The translations under genes and the position numbers were made by a program. This document shows, piece by piece, positions 39,408 through 49,347 of a stretch of DNA of 64,000 nt (position 1 is its first letter; each line of letters starts with the position of its first letter). The notes beneath the pieces were generated by a model. The model worked only from the letters and a program-made list of their open reading frames with translations. It was not told the DNA's origin and did no database searches. The stretch is from Candidatus Moanibacter sp. (GTDB lineage Bacteria > Verrucomicrobiota > Verrucomicrobiia > Opitutales > UBA2987): the NCBI GenBank assembly GCA_965215885.1, contig CBDCEW010000104.1, positions 64,001 to 128,000 on the forward strand, read 5' to 3'.

Positions 39408-40553
39408 ATGGCACGAAGAGTTTCAAAATCCTCGCCTTTACTCTACGCCGATTCCGAACTGAATGCCGATCAGCTGTATTTTGGAAAAGCATTTGTTCCG
39501 GATCGCTTTATATCGTTTGGCATCGGAAAAAGGAAGTATGCCCTGGTAAGCGCGTTGGAGTTTTCCCGGCTGAGGAAAGACTCTGACTTCACCGAGGTGC
39601 TCTCCCTCGAGGAGTGGCAAAAAAGCGCGCGTAAGACATTCAGAAGAAAGAAAGTCGGATTGGTCGAAGTGATTCGCCTCCTGGCTCGCGAATTTGAAAT
39701 TCCGGAGTTTGTAATTTCCGAGGACTTTCCGGCGGGATTGGCTTTCAAACTGAAGGCGGCGAGGGTGAAGCTGAGAATTTCCGAAGGAGCATTATTTCCA
39801 GAGAGGTTGCAAAAGAGCGATGCGGAGGCGCGAGCGATAAAAGTGGGCAATGCCGCGAGCGCGGCCGGTATTCGCGCCGCGGAGAGGCTGCTCCGTGATT
39901 CCCGAATGAAGAATGGGAGACTCGTTTACGCGGGTAGGGCGCTGACCTCGGAACGAGTTCGGCACGCAATCCGGGTTGCGTGCCTGGAACGGGGGGCGGT
40001 TTCCATGCAAACGATCGTGGCGGGGGGCGACCAGGCCTGCGATCCCCATTGTTCTGGCAGTGGGCCACTGCGGGCTGACGAGTTAATTATCGTCGATGTT
40101 TTTCCGAGAGTAGCACACACGGGCTATTTCGGTGATATGACACGGACATTTCTGAAGGGTAGAGCAAGTGAAGCTCAGCGGCGATTGGTGGCGACTGTGA
40201 GGAATGCGCAGCAAAAGGCTTTAGGCGTCATGAAAGCCGGCGTTAGTGGTGCGCGGATTCACAGTATGGTTGAGGACTATTTCGCGAAAGAAGGATTCGA
40301 GACGACTAAGATAGATGGAACGAACGTCGGATTTTTTCATGGCACGGGGCATGGGTTGGGATTGGAGATTCATGAGCCGCCAAGAGTCAGTCGCAAAGGC
40401 CCCCGTTTTAGGGTGGGAATGGTGACATCGGTGGAGCCGGGTCTATATTATCCTGGCTTGGGAGGCTGCCGTATAGAAGACGTCGTTCGTATTCAGCGAG
40501 ATGGTGTGGAGATGCTCTCGAAATATCATTACCGATGGGAGATCAGGAGGTAA
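39408..40553 (+). CDS. Aminopeptidase P / Xaa-Pro peptidase (M24)
   Basis: DVFP, GDMTRT, HGTGHGLGLEIHE, EPGLY, RIEDVV. Confidence 0.92.
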   Translation: MARRVSKSSPLLYADSELNADQLYFGKAFVPDRFISFGIGKRKYALVSALEFSRLRKDSDFTEVLSLEEWQKSARKTFRRKKVGLVEVIRLLAREFEIPEFVISEDFPAGLAFKLKAARVKLRISEGALFPERLQKSDAEARAIKVGNAASAAGIRAAERLLRDSRMKNGRLVYAGRALTSERVRHAIRVACLERGAVSMQTIVAGGDQACDPHCSGSGPLRADELIIVDVFPRVAHTGYFGDMTRTFLKGRASEAQRRLVATVRNAQQKALGVMKAGVSGARIHSMVEDYFAKEGFETTKIDGTNVGFFHGTGHGLGLEIHEPPRVSRKGPRFRVGMVTSVEPGLYYPGLGGCRIEDVVRIQRDGVEMLSKYHYRWEIRR

Positions 40554-40584
40554 TAGGCGATGGTTGGAAGAATGGACTGTTGTA

Positions 40585-41562
40585 ATGATGGAAGAGTTGC
40601 TTGAGAGAATTGCGAAGCTGAAGATCCTGGTTATCGGCGACCTTGCCCTCGACCATTATATCTGGGGCAAGGCGACTCGGGTAGCGCCTGAGGCGCCTGT
40701 TCCGCTTGTCGATGTGGAGAGAGACAGCTATGCAGCCGGGATGGCGGCGATTCCGGCGTTAAATCTGGCGGCCTGGCATATAAAGGCAGAACTTTGTGGA
40801 GTAGTTGGGAAAGATGAATCCGGGAATAGACTGGTAGATATTCTTGGAAAGAGCGCTATTGATTATGATCCCGCTTTTATATCCGATCATGCGCCGACGA
40901 TTGTGAAATCGCGCGTCATGGCGGGAAGTCAGCACGTCTGCCGATTCGATCGAGAAGATGAGCCCGAGGCCTATGCTGAGGAGTGGCGAAAACGATTTTC
41001 ACTTGTTCGCGAAAAGACGAGTCGAATCGATGCGGTGATATTGTCGGATTACTCAAAAGGTGTCATTGACGAGGAATTTATTGAGGTTCTTCGAGATGAG
41101 TGCAAGAAGTCGGAGACATTCATTGCTCTGGATCCGAAACCTCGCCGCCGACTCAAGTTTCGTAATCTGGATTTGATGACCCCGAATCGCCATGAGTCTC
41201 TCCAGTTGGCGGAATTGGAATTTGATCGGTTTCAGTCGTTTCCGGCGGAAGAGGTCTGCGCGCGTATCTGGGACAGGTACAGGCCGAAACTACTGGTCAT
41301 TACCCTGGGGAGCGGAGGAATGTTGACTTCTCGCGAGGGAAAGGTGCTTGCACAGATTCCGTCATTTGCCAGGGATGTGTTCGATGTATCGGGGGCCGGC
41401 GATACATCGATTGCAGGCCTCACGGCTGCAATGGCGGCCGGTGCATCGATTGAAGAAGCAGTTGACTTCGCGAATACTGCTTCAGGTGTTGTTGTCGGGA
41501 AACTTGGATATTCAACAGCGAGTCCCGAGGAAATTCTCGAATTTCATGCCTCGCACCGATAG
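40585..41562 (+). CDS. rfaE1: D-glycero-beta-D-manno-heptose 7-phosphate kinase (RfaE domain I)
   Basis: GD..LDHY.WG...R..PEAPVP, LSDY.KG, TPN..E, DVSGAGDT, VVGKLG. Confidence 0.9.
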   Translation: MMEELLERIAKLKILVIGDLALDHYIWGKATRVAPEAPVPLVDVERDSYAAGMAAIPALNLAAWHIKAELCGVVGKDESGNRLVDILGKSAIDYDPAFISDHAPTIVKSRVMAGSQHVCRFDREDEPEAYAEEWRKRFSLVREKTSRIDAVILSDYSKGVIDEEFIEVLRDECKKSETFIALDPKPRRRLKFRNLDLMTPNRHESLQLAELEFDRFQSFPAEEVCARIWDRYRPKLLVITLGSGGMLTSREGKVLAQIPSFARDVFDVSGAGDTSIAGLTAAMAAGASIEEAVDFANTASGVVVGKLGYSTASPEEILEFHASHR

Positions 41563-42100
41563 AGCTCTGTTCCTGGATCGCGACGGCACTCTGATTTATG
41601 ATAAGAATCATCTTTCGGATCCCGACGGAGTGGATTTGATACCCGGAGTCCGCGAAGCGTTGATTCGGGCTCTCGAAATCGGATTCAGACTCTTTCTCCA
41701 TACCAATCAGAGCGGGATTGGGCGCGGTTGGTATTCTATGGAGGATGTGCTCTTGTGCAACGAACGCATGTTCGAACTCCTCGATTTGCCTGAACCCGCC
41801 TTTACCGAAGTCTGTATTGCTCCCGAAAGCCCTGACGAAACCGCCGTCTACCGCAAACCCTCTCCCCGATTTATCGATGAGATGGTTGAGAAGTATCAAC
41901 TCGAACGCGAAAGCTGTTATATGATCGGGGATCGGGATTCCGACCTGGAAGCCGGTATCAACAGTGGTCTGCGCCCTGTTTTCGTGAAAACCGGACCGGA
42001 AATTTCTGGTGAGACTCGTGCCCTATTGCAGAAATACGAAGTTCTTGTTTTCGGAAGTTTGGGGGAGTTTGTGAACTCCTTTGCGTTGGACTCAGCGTAG
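41546..42100 (+). CDS. gmhB: Heptose 1,7-bisphosphate phosphatase (HAD)
   Basis: FLDRDGT, TNQSGIGRG, RKP, MIGDR.SD. Confidence 0.9.
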   Translation: MPRTDRALFLDRDGTLIYDKNHLSDPDGVDLIPGVREALIRALEIGFRLFLHTNQSGIGRGWYSMEDVLLCNERMFELLDLPEPAFTEVCIAPESPDETAVYRKPSPRFIDEMVEKYQLERESCYMIGDRDSDLEAGINSGLRPVFVKTGPEISGETRALLQKYEVLVFGSLGEFVNSFALDSA

Positions 42101-42191
42101 GAATCTGTCGGTCTCATATTCGTCGAATTCTCCATTTCGCACTTAAAATTTCCTCCCGCGTGACCGTTTTTCTAATTTTCAACAAAATGAA

Positions 42192-42220
42192 AACTCCCCG
42201 CAGCAAGCTGCGGGGTATCT
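42192..42220. repeat. Hairpin resembling an IS200/IS605 subterminal palindrome; no transposase nearby
   Basis: AACTCCCCGCAGCAAGCTGCGGGGTATC. Confidence 0.45.
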
Positions 42221-42446
42221 AACTCTTTCGCCATTCGGACAGAAATTGCCTATGCTTTACTCGAAGTTGATACAAACGTCCCCGGAGGGGCCGTTCCACC
42301 ACTAGCATCTTTGCTACGGGTGGATCGGGCGCTCCGCGCACGATTTTGCCTAAGAAAGTCAGCGACCCCGTAGCACGCTACGGAGAATTACCAAGTTAAA
42401 AATAACGAGCTGCGAAGGCGGGAACATCAACACGGTTGACAGCCCG

Positions 42447-43718
42447 TTAGGATATTCCGGCGGATGCAGCCAATGCGTCAAAATTTGGATCAATCGATGC
42501 GGGCAGATCAACGGATCGCCTGGCGGCTTCAACGTCCTTGAGGCCCGATCCCGTGAGGAGGAGCACAGCGCACTCATCGTCGGCAACCCTTCCAGCTTCC
42601 CTTTCATTGATCAAGCCGGCTACCGCGGCGGCGGAAGATGGTTCGACAAATACTCCTGTGAGCCGGCCGCATGTCGCGATCGCGGCGAGTATCTCCTCAT
42701 CGGAAACCGAGACGCCACGGCCTCCGGAATGGCGAATTTCGCGCAGGGCCAGAATTCCGTTTCGGGGCGCTTCGACGACGATGGAATCTGCCACGGAATG
42801 GGCGCCGGGTATCGGTTCGGGCTCATCCAGGCCGCGCTCGAGCGCATCGACGAGAGCGGCGCTCCCTGCTGCCTGAACCGCGATCATCTCAGGCACTTTG
42901 TCGATCAGGCCGAGTCCGAGAAGGTCGTGAAAACCCTTGGCGATACCCGAAATTATGACCCCATCGCCTACCGGTATCCATACCGAATCCGGCGCTTTGC
43001 AGCCGAGCTGTTCCCAGATCTCGAATGCGGCCACACGCTTTCCGTCGATCGTATAGGGGTTATATGCAGTGTTGCGATTGTACCAGCCTAATCTTGTGCA
43101 GGCTTCGGTAGAGAGTTCGAATGCCTGGTCGTAGTTCCCTTTCACAGGGAAGACGCGCGCCCCATAGACGAGCATTTGAGCGAGTTTGGCGGGCGGGGCG
43201 GTTTCCGGAACGATCACCACACAATCGACGTTTTGTGAAGCGCAGACACAGGCTAGAGCAGTGGCGGCGTTTCCTGTGGATGCTGTGCAGACCGTTTGCA
43301 TTCCCTTTTCCAACGCTTTTGCCACGACAAGAACCGATGCACGATCCTTATAGGACCCGGCTGGATTCTTCGTATCGTCCTTGAGAAAGAGATTGCTCAA
43401 TCCGAGATCCTTGCTGAGCCGGCCGCCATGGTATAGGGGGGTGTCTCCGATGAGGAGAGGGGACAGATATCTCTCGTGAGAGAGTGGGAGGAGTGGAAAA
43501 TAACGGAGCGTGCCCCGACGATCAGTCCGCGCAAGGTATTCATGATTGAATTGCGACTTGATGAAATCATAGTCGTAAATCACCTCGAGCACACCCTGGA
43601 GTGCGCGCCCCGGCTGTTGATTCGAGGAAGCTACCGGGCAGAGGTATTCGACCTCGTCCGCATGATAACGACGTCCGCCTGTGACGGACTGCAATTCATA
43701 GTGTGATGAATCATGCAT
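42447..43718 (-). CDS. thrC: Threonine synthase-like PLP enzyme
   Basis: GDTPL, NPAGSYKDR, ASTGNA, VGDG, EPSSAAA, TGSGLKD. Confidence 0.85.
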   Translation of the reverse strand: MHDSSHYELQSVTGGRRYHADEVEYLCPVASSNQQPGRALQGVLEVIYDYDFIKSQFNHEYLARTDRRGTLRYFPLLPLSHERYLSPLLIGDTPLYHGGRLSKDLGLSNLFLKDDTKNPAGSYKDRASVLVVAKALEKGMQTVCTASTGNAATALACVCASQNVDCVVIVPETAPPAKLAQMLVYGARVFPVKGNYDQAFELSTEACTRLGWYNRNTAYNPYTIDGKRVAAFEIWEQLGCKAPDSVWIPVGDGVIISGIAKGFHDLLGLGLIDKVPEMIAVQAAGSAALVDALERGLDEPEPIPGAHSVADSIVVEAPRNGILALREIRHSGGRGVSVSDEEILAAIATCGRLTGVFVEPSSAAAVAGLINEREAGRVADDECAVLLLTGSGLKDVEAARRSVDLPASIDPNFDALAASAGIS

Positions 43719-43721
43719 CGA

Positions 43722-44459
43722 TTAATTGTTGGCTTTCCCTGGCGGCCACTTCTTCAGATGGTATGCGGAATCCCAGAACATCCACTCGTAACGGCATCCG
43801 CGCCGGTAGAGTTTTCTCATTTGCGCCAGTTGTTCCTGGGTCGCTTCCGCCGCCACGGCGTTAACGATATCAAGGATCTCCTGAACGACTTTTCCGTAGC
43901 CTTCGGAGGCGTAGGCATCGATCCATGTCTGATAGGTGTCATCCCGCGAACCCTCTTTGCTCAATTCCTTTCCTACTTCCCAATAGATCCAGTAACAGGG
44001 AAGGAGGGCGGTAATTCCTTCAGCGAATGTGCCTTGGCCGGTTGTCGCGAGCATGAAGTTCGTATAGGCGAATGCTTCCGGGGCCGGTTCCATCGCTGCC
44101 TCCCGCTCCGGCGTTATGTCATACTCTTCGTAGATCCTTGCGTGAAGCTGTTGTTCATCTTTGATCGTCTCCCGGGCGTGTCTGCGGAGGAGTACTTTCC
44201 AATCTTCCTTCGGCGCCTTCTCCGCGGTTTCGTTTAGAGCTTTGGCGAATTCCCGGAGGTAAAACAGATCTTGCACGATATAAAAAGCGAAGACGTCCTT
44301 GCTCAAGGTGCCCGCTTGAAGCTCTTTCAGGAAGGGATGCCGGAGAATTTCTTTGTAGATGTCTTCGTTTGCTTTCCAGACCTCATCGCTGAATTTCTCG
44401 GCGGCGAGCGGTGAGAGGGAGAGAAGAAGCGTAGTTAGTGCAAGTGAGAATCTCATCAT
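43722..44459 (-). CDS. tenA: Thiaminase II / aminopyrimidine aminohydrolase with an N-terminal signal peptide
   Basis: HPFL, YIVQD..YL, LLPCYWIY, WIDAY, EWMFWD. Confidence 0.9.
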   Translation of the reverse strand: MMRFSLALTTLLLSLSPLAAEKFSDEVWKANEDIYKEILRHPFLKELQAGTLSKDVFAFYIVQDLFYLREFAKALNETAEKAPKEDWKVLLRRHARETIKDEQQLHARIYEEYDITPEREAAMEPAPEAFAYTNFMLATTGQGTFAEGITALLPCYWIYWEVGKELSKEGSRDDTYQTWIDAYASEGYGKVVQEILDIVNAVAAEATQEQLAQMRKLYRRGCRYEWMFWDSAYHLKKWPPGKANN

Positions 44460-44620
44460 TTTTGTTACGCTTAGTCGAAGTATTCAATTGGGAGTCTTAT
44501 AAAGTATGGTTTCAATAAGGAAAGCAGGAATGCAGGAAAAGATACTTCGGCTTCCGGGGGGGCCATCGGCAATCCCGCTCAGCTTGATTCCTGATAACAA
44601 TAATTAGTAATGAGGCCTTT

Positions 44621-45040
44621 TCAGGGGACGGTAGGCACCCATTTGCCCTCTACTGCATACGATTCACTATCGCCGGGCCAGGGGGGCATCGTCACACCTA
44701 CCGCGGTGAGGGACTCATTCCCGAACGAACGAAACTGGAAGTGAGTGCCGCGCGGGATCGTCAAGCAGACATCCGGTGCGACCGGCACGACCTCTTCCCT
44801 GTCTTTCTGCCTGCGCCACATTTCACCGCGCCCACCGAGAAAAAACCAGATTTCTTCGACTGTTCGATGGGCGACTGATTTCGAGGTCTGTTCGGGTGGA
44901 AGCTCAAAGTGAGCCATCCCGCCCCCTTTCAACCTCAGTAGAATCCGTACATCCGATCCGTCCGGGGCCACCTCATCGGCGGCAATTGGTAATCGCCGTG
45001 TGCCGAATGCGTCAATCTTGAGGGAGGTGTCTTCAGCCAT
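44621..45040 (-). CDS. Cupin domain protein
   Basis: APDGSDVR, HRTVEEIW, GTHFQFR, TMPPWPG. Confidence 0.85.
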   Translation of the reverse strand: MAEDTSLKIDAFGTRRLPIAADEVAPDGSDVRILLRLKGGGMAHFELPPEQTSKSVAHRTVEEIWFFLGGRGEMWRRQKDREEVVPVAPDVCLTIPRGTHFQFRSFGNESLTAVGVTMPPWPGDSESYAVEGKWVPTVP

Positions 45041-45056
45041 GGTTTCCGACGCGCTG

Positions 45057-46286
45057 CTAGCGCGCGATTGCGCTCACGCCTGAACTCCAGTAGTCTCGAA
45101 GCCTGGCCAAGCCTTCGCGGATATTGTCGGAGGAGATTCCGGAAAAGGCAAAGCGGACAAATTTCCGAGTCTCGCTGGGTAGGGGAGTGCCAAAATGATC
45201 CCTCGTACAGAAAGATACGCCTGTTTCTTCAAGCGTACGTAACCGGAAATCCTCCAGCGATGTCGAGCCCAACCGCTCATAGATTGTGGTGATGTCCGGG
45301 AATAGATAGAAAGAAGAATGCGGCTTGAAGACATCGACGCCTTCAATTTTCTGAAGTTCGCCGAAGAGTGCGTCTCGACGCTCTTCCAGGGTATGAAGGA
45401 TTTCCTCGGCGCCGCTTTGATCTCCCTGGAGGCATTCCATGCCTGCGTATTGAATGCAGTGGCTCGTGCAAGATTCGATATTGACGTTTAACTTTGCGAA
45501 ATGGGCGATCACTTCAGGCGGCCCGATCGCCCCGCCCAGCCTCCATCCTGTCATCGCATAAGTCTTGGAAAAAGTGTAGAGAATAACGGTGCGTTCCCGC
45601 ATGCCCGGAAGTGAAACGATGCTCTTTCCCTTATCGGAATAGAGAATCTTGAAATAGGCCTCATCGGAGAGGACCCACAGGTTATGTTTTACGGCAAAAT
45701 CCGCCAACCACTGCATTTCTTCAGCAGTTGATTCGGCGCCGATCGGATTCTGGTAATTGTTATAAATCAGGGCACGGGCGTTGTCCCGAATTTGTGATTC
45801 AATCTCGTCGCGGTTAATAATAAATTGATCTCCGGTATAGGTGTAACCGTAGGGAATCGCTTCTCCACCCAGATAATTGATCTGGGATTCATAGATGGGA
45901 AAGCCGGGATTGGGATAGAAGACAGCTTCTCCGGGATTCATCACTGTCTCGAGGAACTTGGGGATCACTGGTTTGCCCCCGGGCTGGATCGCGACGTTTT
46001 CAGGTCCAAATTCAACTCCACGATCCCGGCCGACATTCTCGGCCAAAGCCTCCCTGAGCGGCTGAATCCCTGCTGCGGGAGCATATCCGGTTTTGCCCGA
46101 AAGCATGGCCTGATGGGCGGCATCGATGATATTGTCGGGCGTGCGCATATCCAGGTCGCCGAGATGGAACGGGTAAACTTTGTTTCCTTTTGCGGCGAAT
46201 GCGGCAGCATCGAGCGAAACGGCAAAAGCAGTCTCGGTACCAAGATTCTCAAGTCTCTTTGCTAACGGAAGGGTCGTGCTGCTCAT
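45057..46286 (-). CDS. Class I/II PLP aminotransferase (AspC-like)
   Basis: NP.G, SDEAY, FSKTYAMTGWRLG. Confidence 0.92.
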   Translation of the reverse strand: MSSTTLPLAKRLENLGTETAFAVSLDAAAFAAKGNKVYPFHLGDLDMRTPDNIIDAAHQAMLSGKTGYAPAAGIQPLREALAENVGRDRGVEFGPENVAIQPGGKPVIPKFLETVMNPGEAVFYPNPGFPIYESQINYLGGEAIPYGYTYTGDQFIINRDEIESQIRDNARALIYNNYQNPIGAESTAEEMQWLADFAVKHNLWVLSDEAYFKILYSDKGKSIVSLPGMRERTVILYTFSKTYAMTGWRLGGAIGPPEVIAHFAKLNVNIESCTSHCIQYAGMECLQGDQSGAEEILHTLEERRDALFGELQKIEGVDVFKPHSSFYLFPDITTIYERLGSTSLEDFRLRTLEETGVSFCTRDHFGTPLPSETRKFVRFAFSGISSDNIREGLARLRDYWSSGVSAIAR

Positions 46287-46620
46287 TCTTTAACTTGGGA
46301 ATTCCCCGTCCCGCCGTACGGCAGGACTTGCGGGGAGCTTACATTTAAGAAAGTCAGGGTTTAACAGAAATCTGGGGACATCCAAGTCGAAAGTGTGAAG
46401 CTAAGCGCCTGTGGGGCTGGAATTCCGACAGATTCCCAAGTCGAACTTCTTGACTCGCCGAATCGGAATCGCTTTATTCCGCCGCATTTTCCCCGGACGG
46501 CTTTGCCGTACGGCAGAATGTCGATTTGGGCGAGATTTTGACTGGAGATATTCGGGGTAGATGTTTGAAACAGCAGAATGTAAGCTTGAAGTTGAAATGG
46601 TGTATTAGGAAACAGCTAAA

Positions 46621-48103
46621 ATGAAAATTGATCTGGGAATTAACGAAGAGGGACTGAGGCATGCCGTGGAACGTGCGCGCGAGCGTAAAGTAACGATCCC
46701 TACGTTTAACGAGTTGAGCGATCCCATTAGCGTCTCGGAGAGCGTGGCCGGTCCGCTCAAGGACGTCGGCCTTTGGGAAGTCAATCCGCTAAACATATAC
46801 CGCGCCTGTTGGAAGAATGAACCCAAACCGGAAGGCGGCGGTTTTGGCGGTGTCAATTATGTTGAAATACCAAAGGAGATTACGGGAGTAGAGGCGCGGA
46901 TTTTCGCTCTCGTCGGTAAATGGTTTCCCACCGGCGCGCACAAGGTGGGGGCCGCTTTTGGATGTCTCGTGCCGCGCCTCGTGACGGGGCGTGACGGGGC
47001 AGTTCGATCCTACATCGCAGAAGGCGGTTTGGCCATCGACGGGGAATTTCTGCCGGGGAGGAGCCTACAATTCAGCGATTCTGGGTTGCGAATCGATCGC
47101 AATTTTACCCGAGGAGATGAGCAGGGAGCGGTTTGAATGGCTAAGGGAAATCGCGGGTGAGGTGATCGCGACACCGGGATGTGAATCCAATGTAAAGGAG
47201 ATCTATGATAAATGCTGGGAGTTGCGACGGACACGCGACGACATTGTCATCTTTAATCAATTCGAGGAGTTTGGTAACTATTTGTGGCACTATCACGTGA
47301 CCGGGCACGCCATTGAGGAGGTGCTGCGGAGTGAGATGTCTGAAGGCGTACGGATTGCCGGGTATATCAGTGCAACGGGTTCCGCGGGCACGATCGCCGC
47401 TGGAGATTATCTCAAAGAGCGATTTCCCGAATGCAGAATCGGCGCTGCCGAGGCTTTGCAGTGTCCCACCCTTTTAATCAATGGATTCGGAGGGCACCGA
47501 ATCGAGGGTATTGGCGACAAGCATGTTCCGTGGATTCACAATGTTCGCAACACGGATATGGTAATTGCCGTTGATGACAATCACTGCATGAACGCGATCC
47601 GTCTCTTCAATGAACCGACCGGGCAGGAATATCTGCAGAGTATTGGTCTGGGAGAGGATTTCGCGGATTCGATGCCCTTGATCGGTATCTCGGGTATGGG
47701 TAATCTTGTGGCTTCGATCAAGTTCGCCAAATATTACGAACTGACGGAGAAGGATATAGTTTTTACGATATTTACGGACTCCATGGAGCTCTATAGGAGC
47801 CGGATCGAAGAGTTGCGGGACGAGCTGGGCGAATACAGTCGGGAAGTCGCCATGAAGGACCATCACCGGCATCTCTTGGGCCTGAGTTCCGACTATATGC
47901 TGGAGCTAACCTATCCTGAACGAAAGCGCGTGCATAACCTGAAGTACTTCACCTGGATTGAGCAACAGGGCCGCGACGTGGAAGAGCTCAATGCGCAATG
48001 GTATGAGTATGACAGTTACTGGCCGGAGCTGCGCAGTCAGGTTGGGGAGATCGATGAGCTGATTGGTAACTTCAATGCGATGGTAAGAGCAGGTAATAAT
48101 TAA
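46621..48103 (+). pseudogene. PLP-dependent beta-family (cysteine synthase-like) enzyme, frameshifted by a 10-bp duplication
   Basis: FPTGAHKV, PSTGNFCRGG, TGSAGT, HRIEGIG; GTGACGGGGC occurs twice at 46981-47000. Confidence 0.9.
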
Positions 48104-49286
48104 CAAGGCAAGTGACATAGTCATTTTAGGGGCGAAGCGAACCCCTATTGGATCCTTTCAGGGGACTCTCTCAGCGATGCCGGCTCCCGCATTGGGTGGC
48201 GCGGCGATTCGCGCGGTACTCGATCAATCCGGATTAGATCCGGATACAGTTTCCGAGGTGATCCTTGGAAATGTCCTTGGCGCCGGTCTTGGTCAGGCTC
48301 CCGCGCGACAGGCTGTCTCTCTAGCCGGCCTGCCCGATTCGTTACCTTCATCGATCGTTAACAAAGTATGCGGAAGCAGCCTCAAGGCGATGACTCTCGG
48401 CGCACAGTCTATCATGGTTGGGGAGGCGAGCGCTGTTATCGCAGGGGGGATGGAAAATATGAGCCAGGCGCCCTATCTACTCAAGGGAGCGCGCGAAGGA
48501 CATCGATTCGGACATCAAAGACTGGTCGATTCCATGATTCACGAGGGGCTCTGGGATCCTTCTAACAACGTTCATATGGGTAACTGTGCCGAACGGTGTC
48601 GAGAGAGGTATGGGTTTTCCCGTGAAGAACAGGATGCCTATGCTATTCGCAGCTACCAATGCGCTCAGGGGGCACAAGAAGAGGGGAGATTTGACTCGGA
48701 GATATATCCGGTTGAAGTCACCGATCTTAAGGGGAAGGTGACGCGGGTCGAGCGGGATGAAGGACCCGGCAAAGTAGACTTTGAGAAGATTCCGCAGTTG
48801 AAACCCGCGTTTGAGGAAAATGGCACCGTAACTGCCGCCAACGCTTCTACACTGAATGACGGCGCCGCCGCGTTGATAATTGCCTCTGCCGGGGCTGCGG
48901 AAGAATCAGGCATCAAACCACTGGCCCGGCTCGTGTGTTGGGCGGAGCATTCTCAAGAACCTCTGTGGTTTACAACAGCGCCGGTGCAAGTGATTCCGAA
49001 GGTCCTTGAGAAAGCAGGTTGGACACTGGAAGAGGTCGATCTCTTCGAGGTCAACGAGGCATTCGCAGTCGTGCCGATGGCAGTGGAAAGGGAACTGGGT
49101 GTGCCCAGAGAGAAGATGAACGTTCGTGGCGGAGCTATCGCCTTAGGGCATCCTCTGGGGGCGAGCGGCGCTCGTATAGTAGTGACTCTTATTCATGCCC
49201 TAATCGATATTGGCAAGAAAAAGGGCTGTGCCGCGATCTGTATTGGCGGAGGCGAAGCCATGGCAGTATGCGTAGAGATCGTGTAG
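48099..49286 (+). CDS. Acetyl-CoA C-acetyltransferase (thiolase); start codon non-canonical or lost
   Basis: KRTPIGSF, NKVCGS, NEAF, GHPLGASG, CIGGG; the frame upstream of ATG 48177 has only ATT/ATA as possible starts. Confidence 0.9.
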   Translation: MNKASDIVILGAKRTPIGSFQGTLSAMPAPALGGAAIRAVLDQSGLDPDTVSEVILGNVLGAGLGQAPARQAVSLAGLPDSLPSSIVNKVCGSSLKAMTLGAQSIMVGEASAVIAGGMENMSQAPYLLKGAREGHRFGHQRLVDSMIHEGLWDPSNNVHMGNCAERCRERYGFSREEQDAYAIRSYQCAQGAQEEGRFDSEIYPVEVTDLKGKVTRVERDEGPGKVDFEKIPQLKPAFEENGTVTAANASTLNDGAAALIIASAGAAEESGIKPLARLVCWAEHSQEPLWFTTAPVQVIPKVLEKAGWTLEEVDLFEVNEAFAVVPMAVERELGVPREKMNVRGGAIALGHPLGASGARIVVTLIHALIDIGKKKGCAAICIGGGEAMAVCVEIV

Positions 49287-49347
49287 TGGGCTTTCCAAAT
49301 TTGCTGGCTTCCGTAGCTTCCGACTCTATAAACCTTAGCAGGATTTT

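Noticed and set aside
44460..44620. TPP riboswitch upstream of tenA
   Set aside because: Only GCTGAG is present; the remaining conserved aptamer motifs are absent
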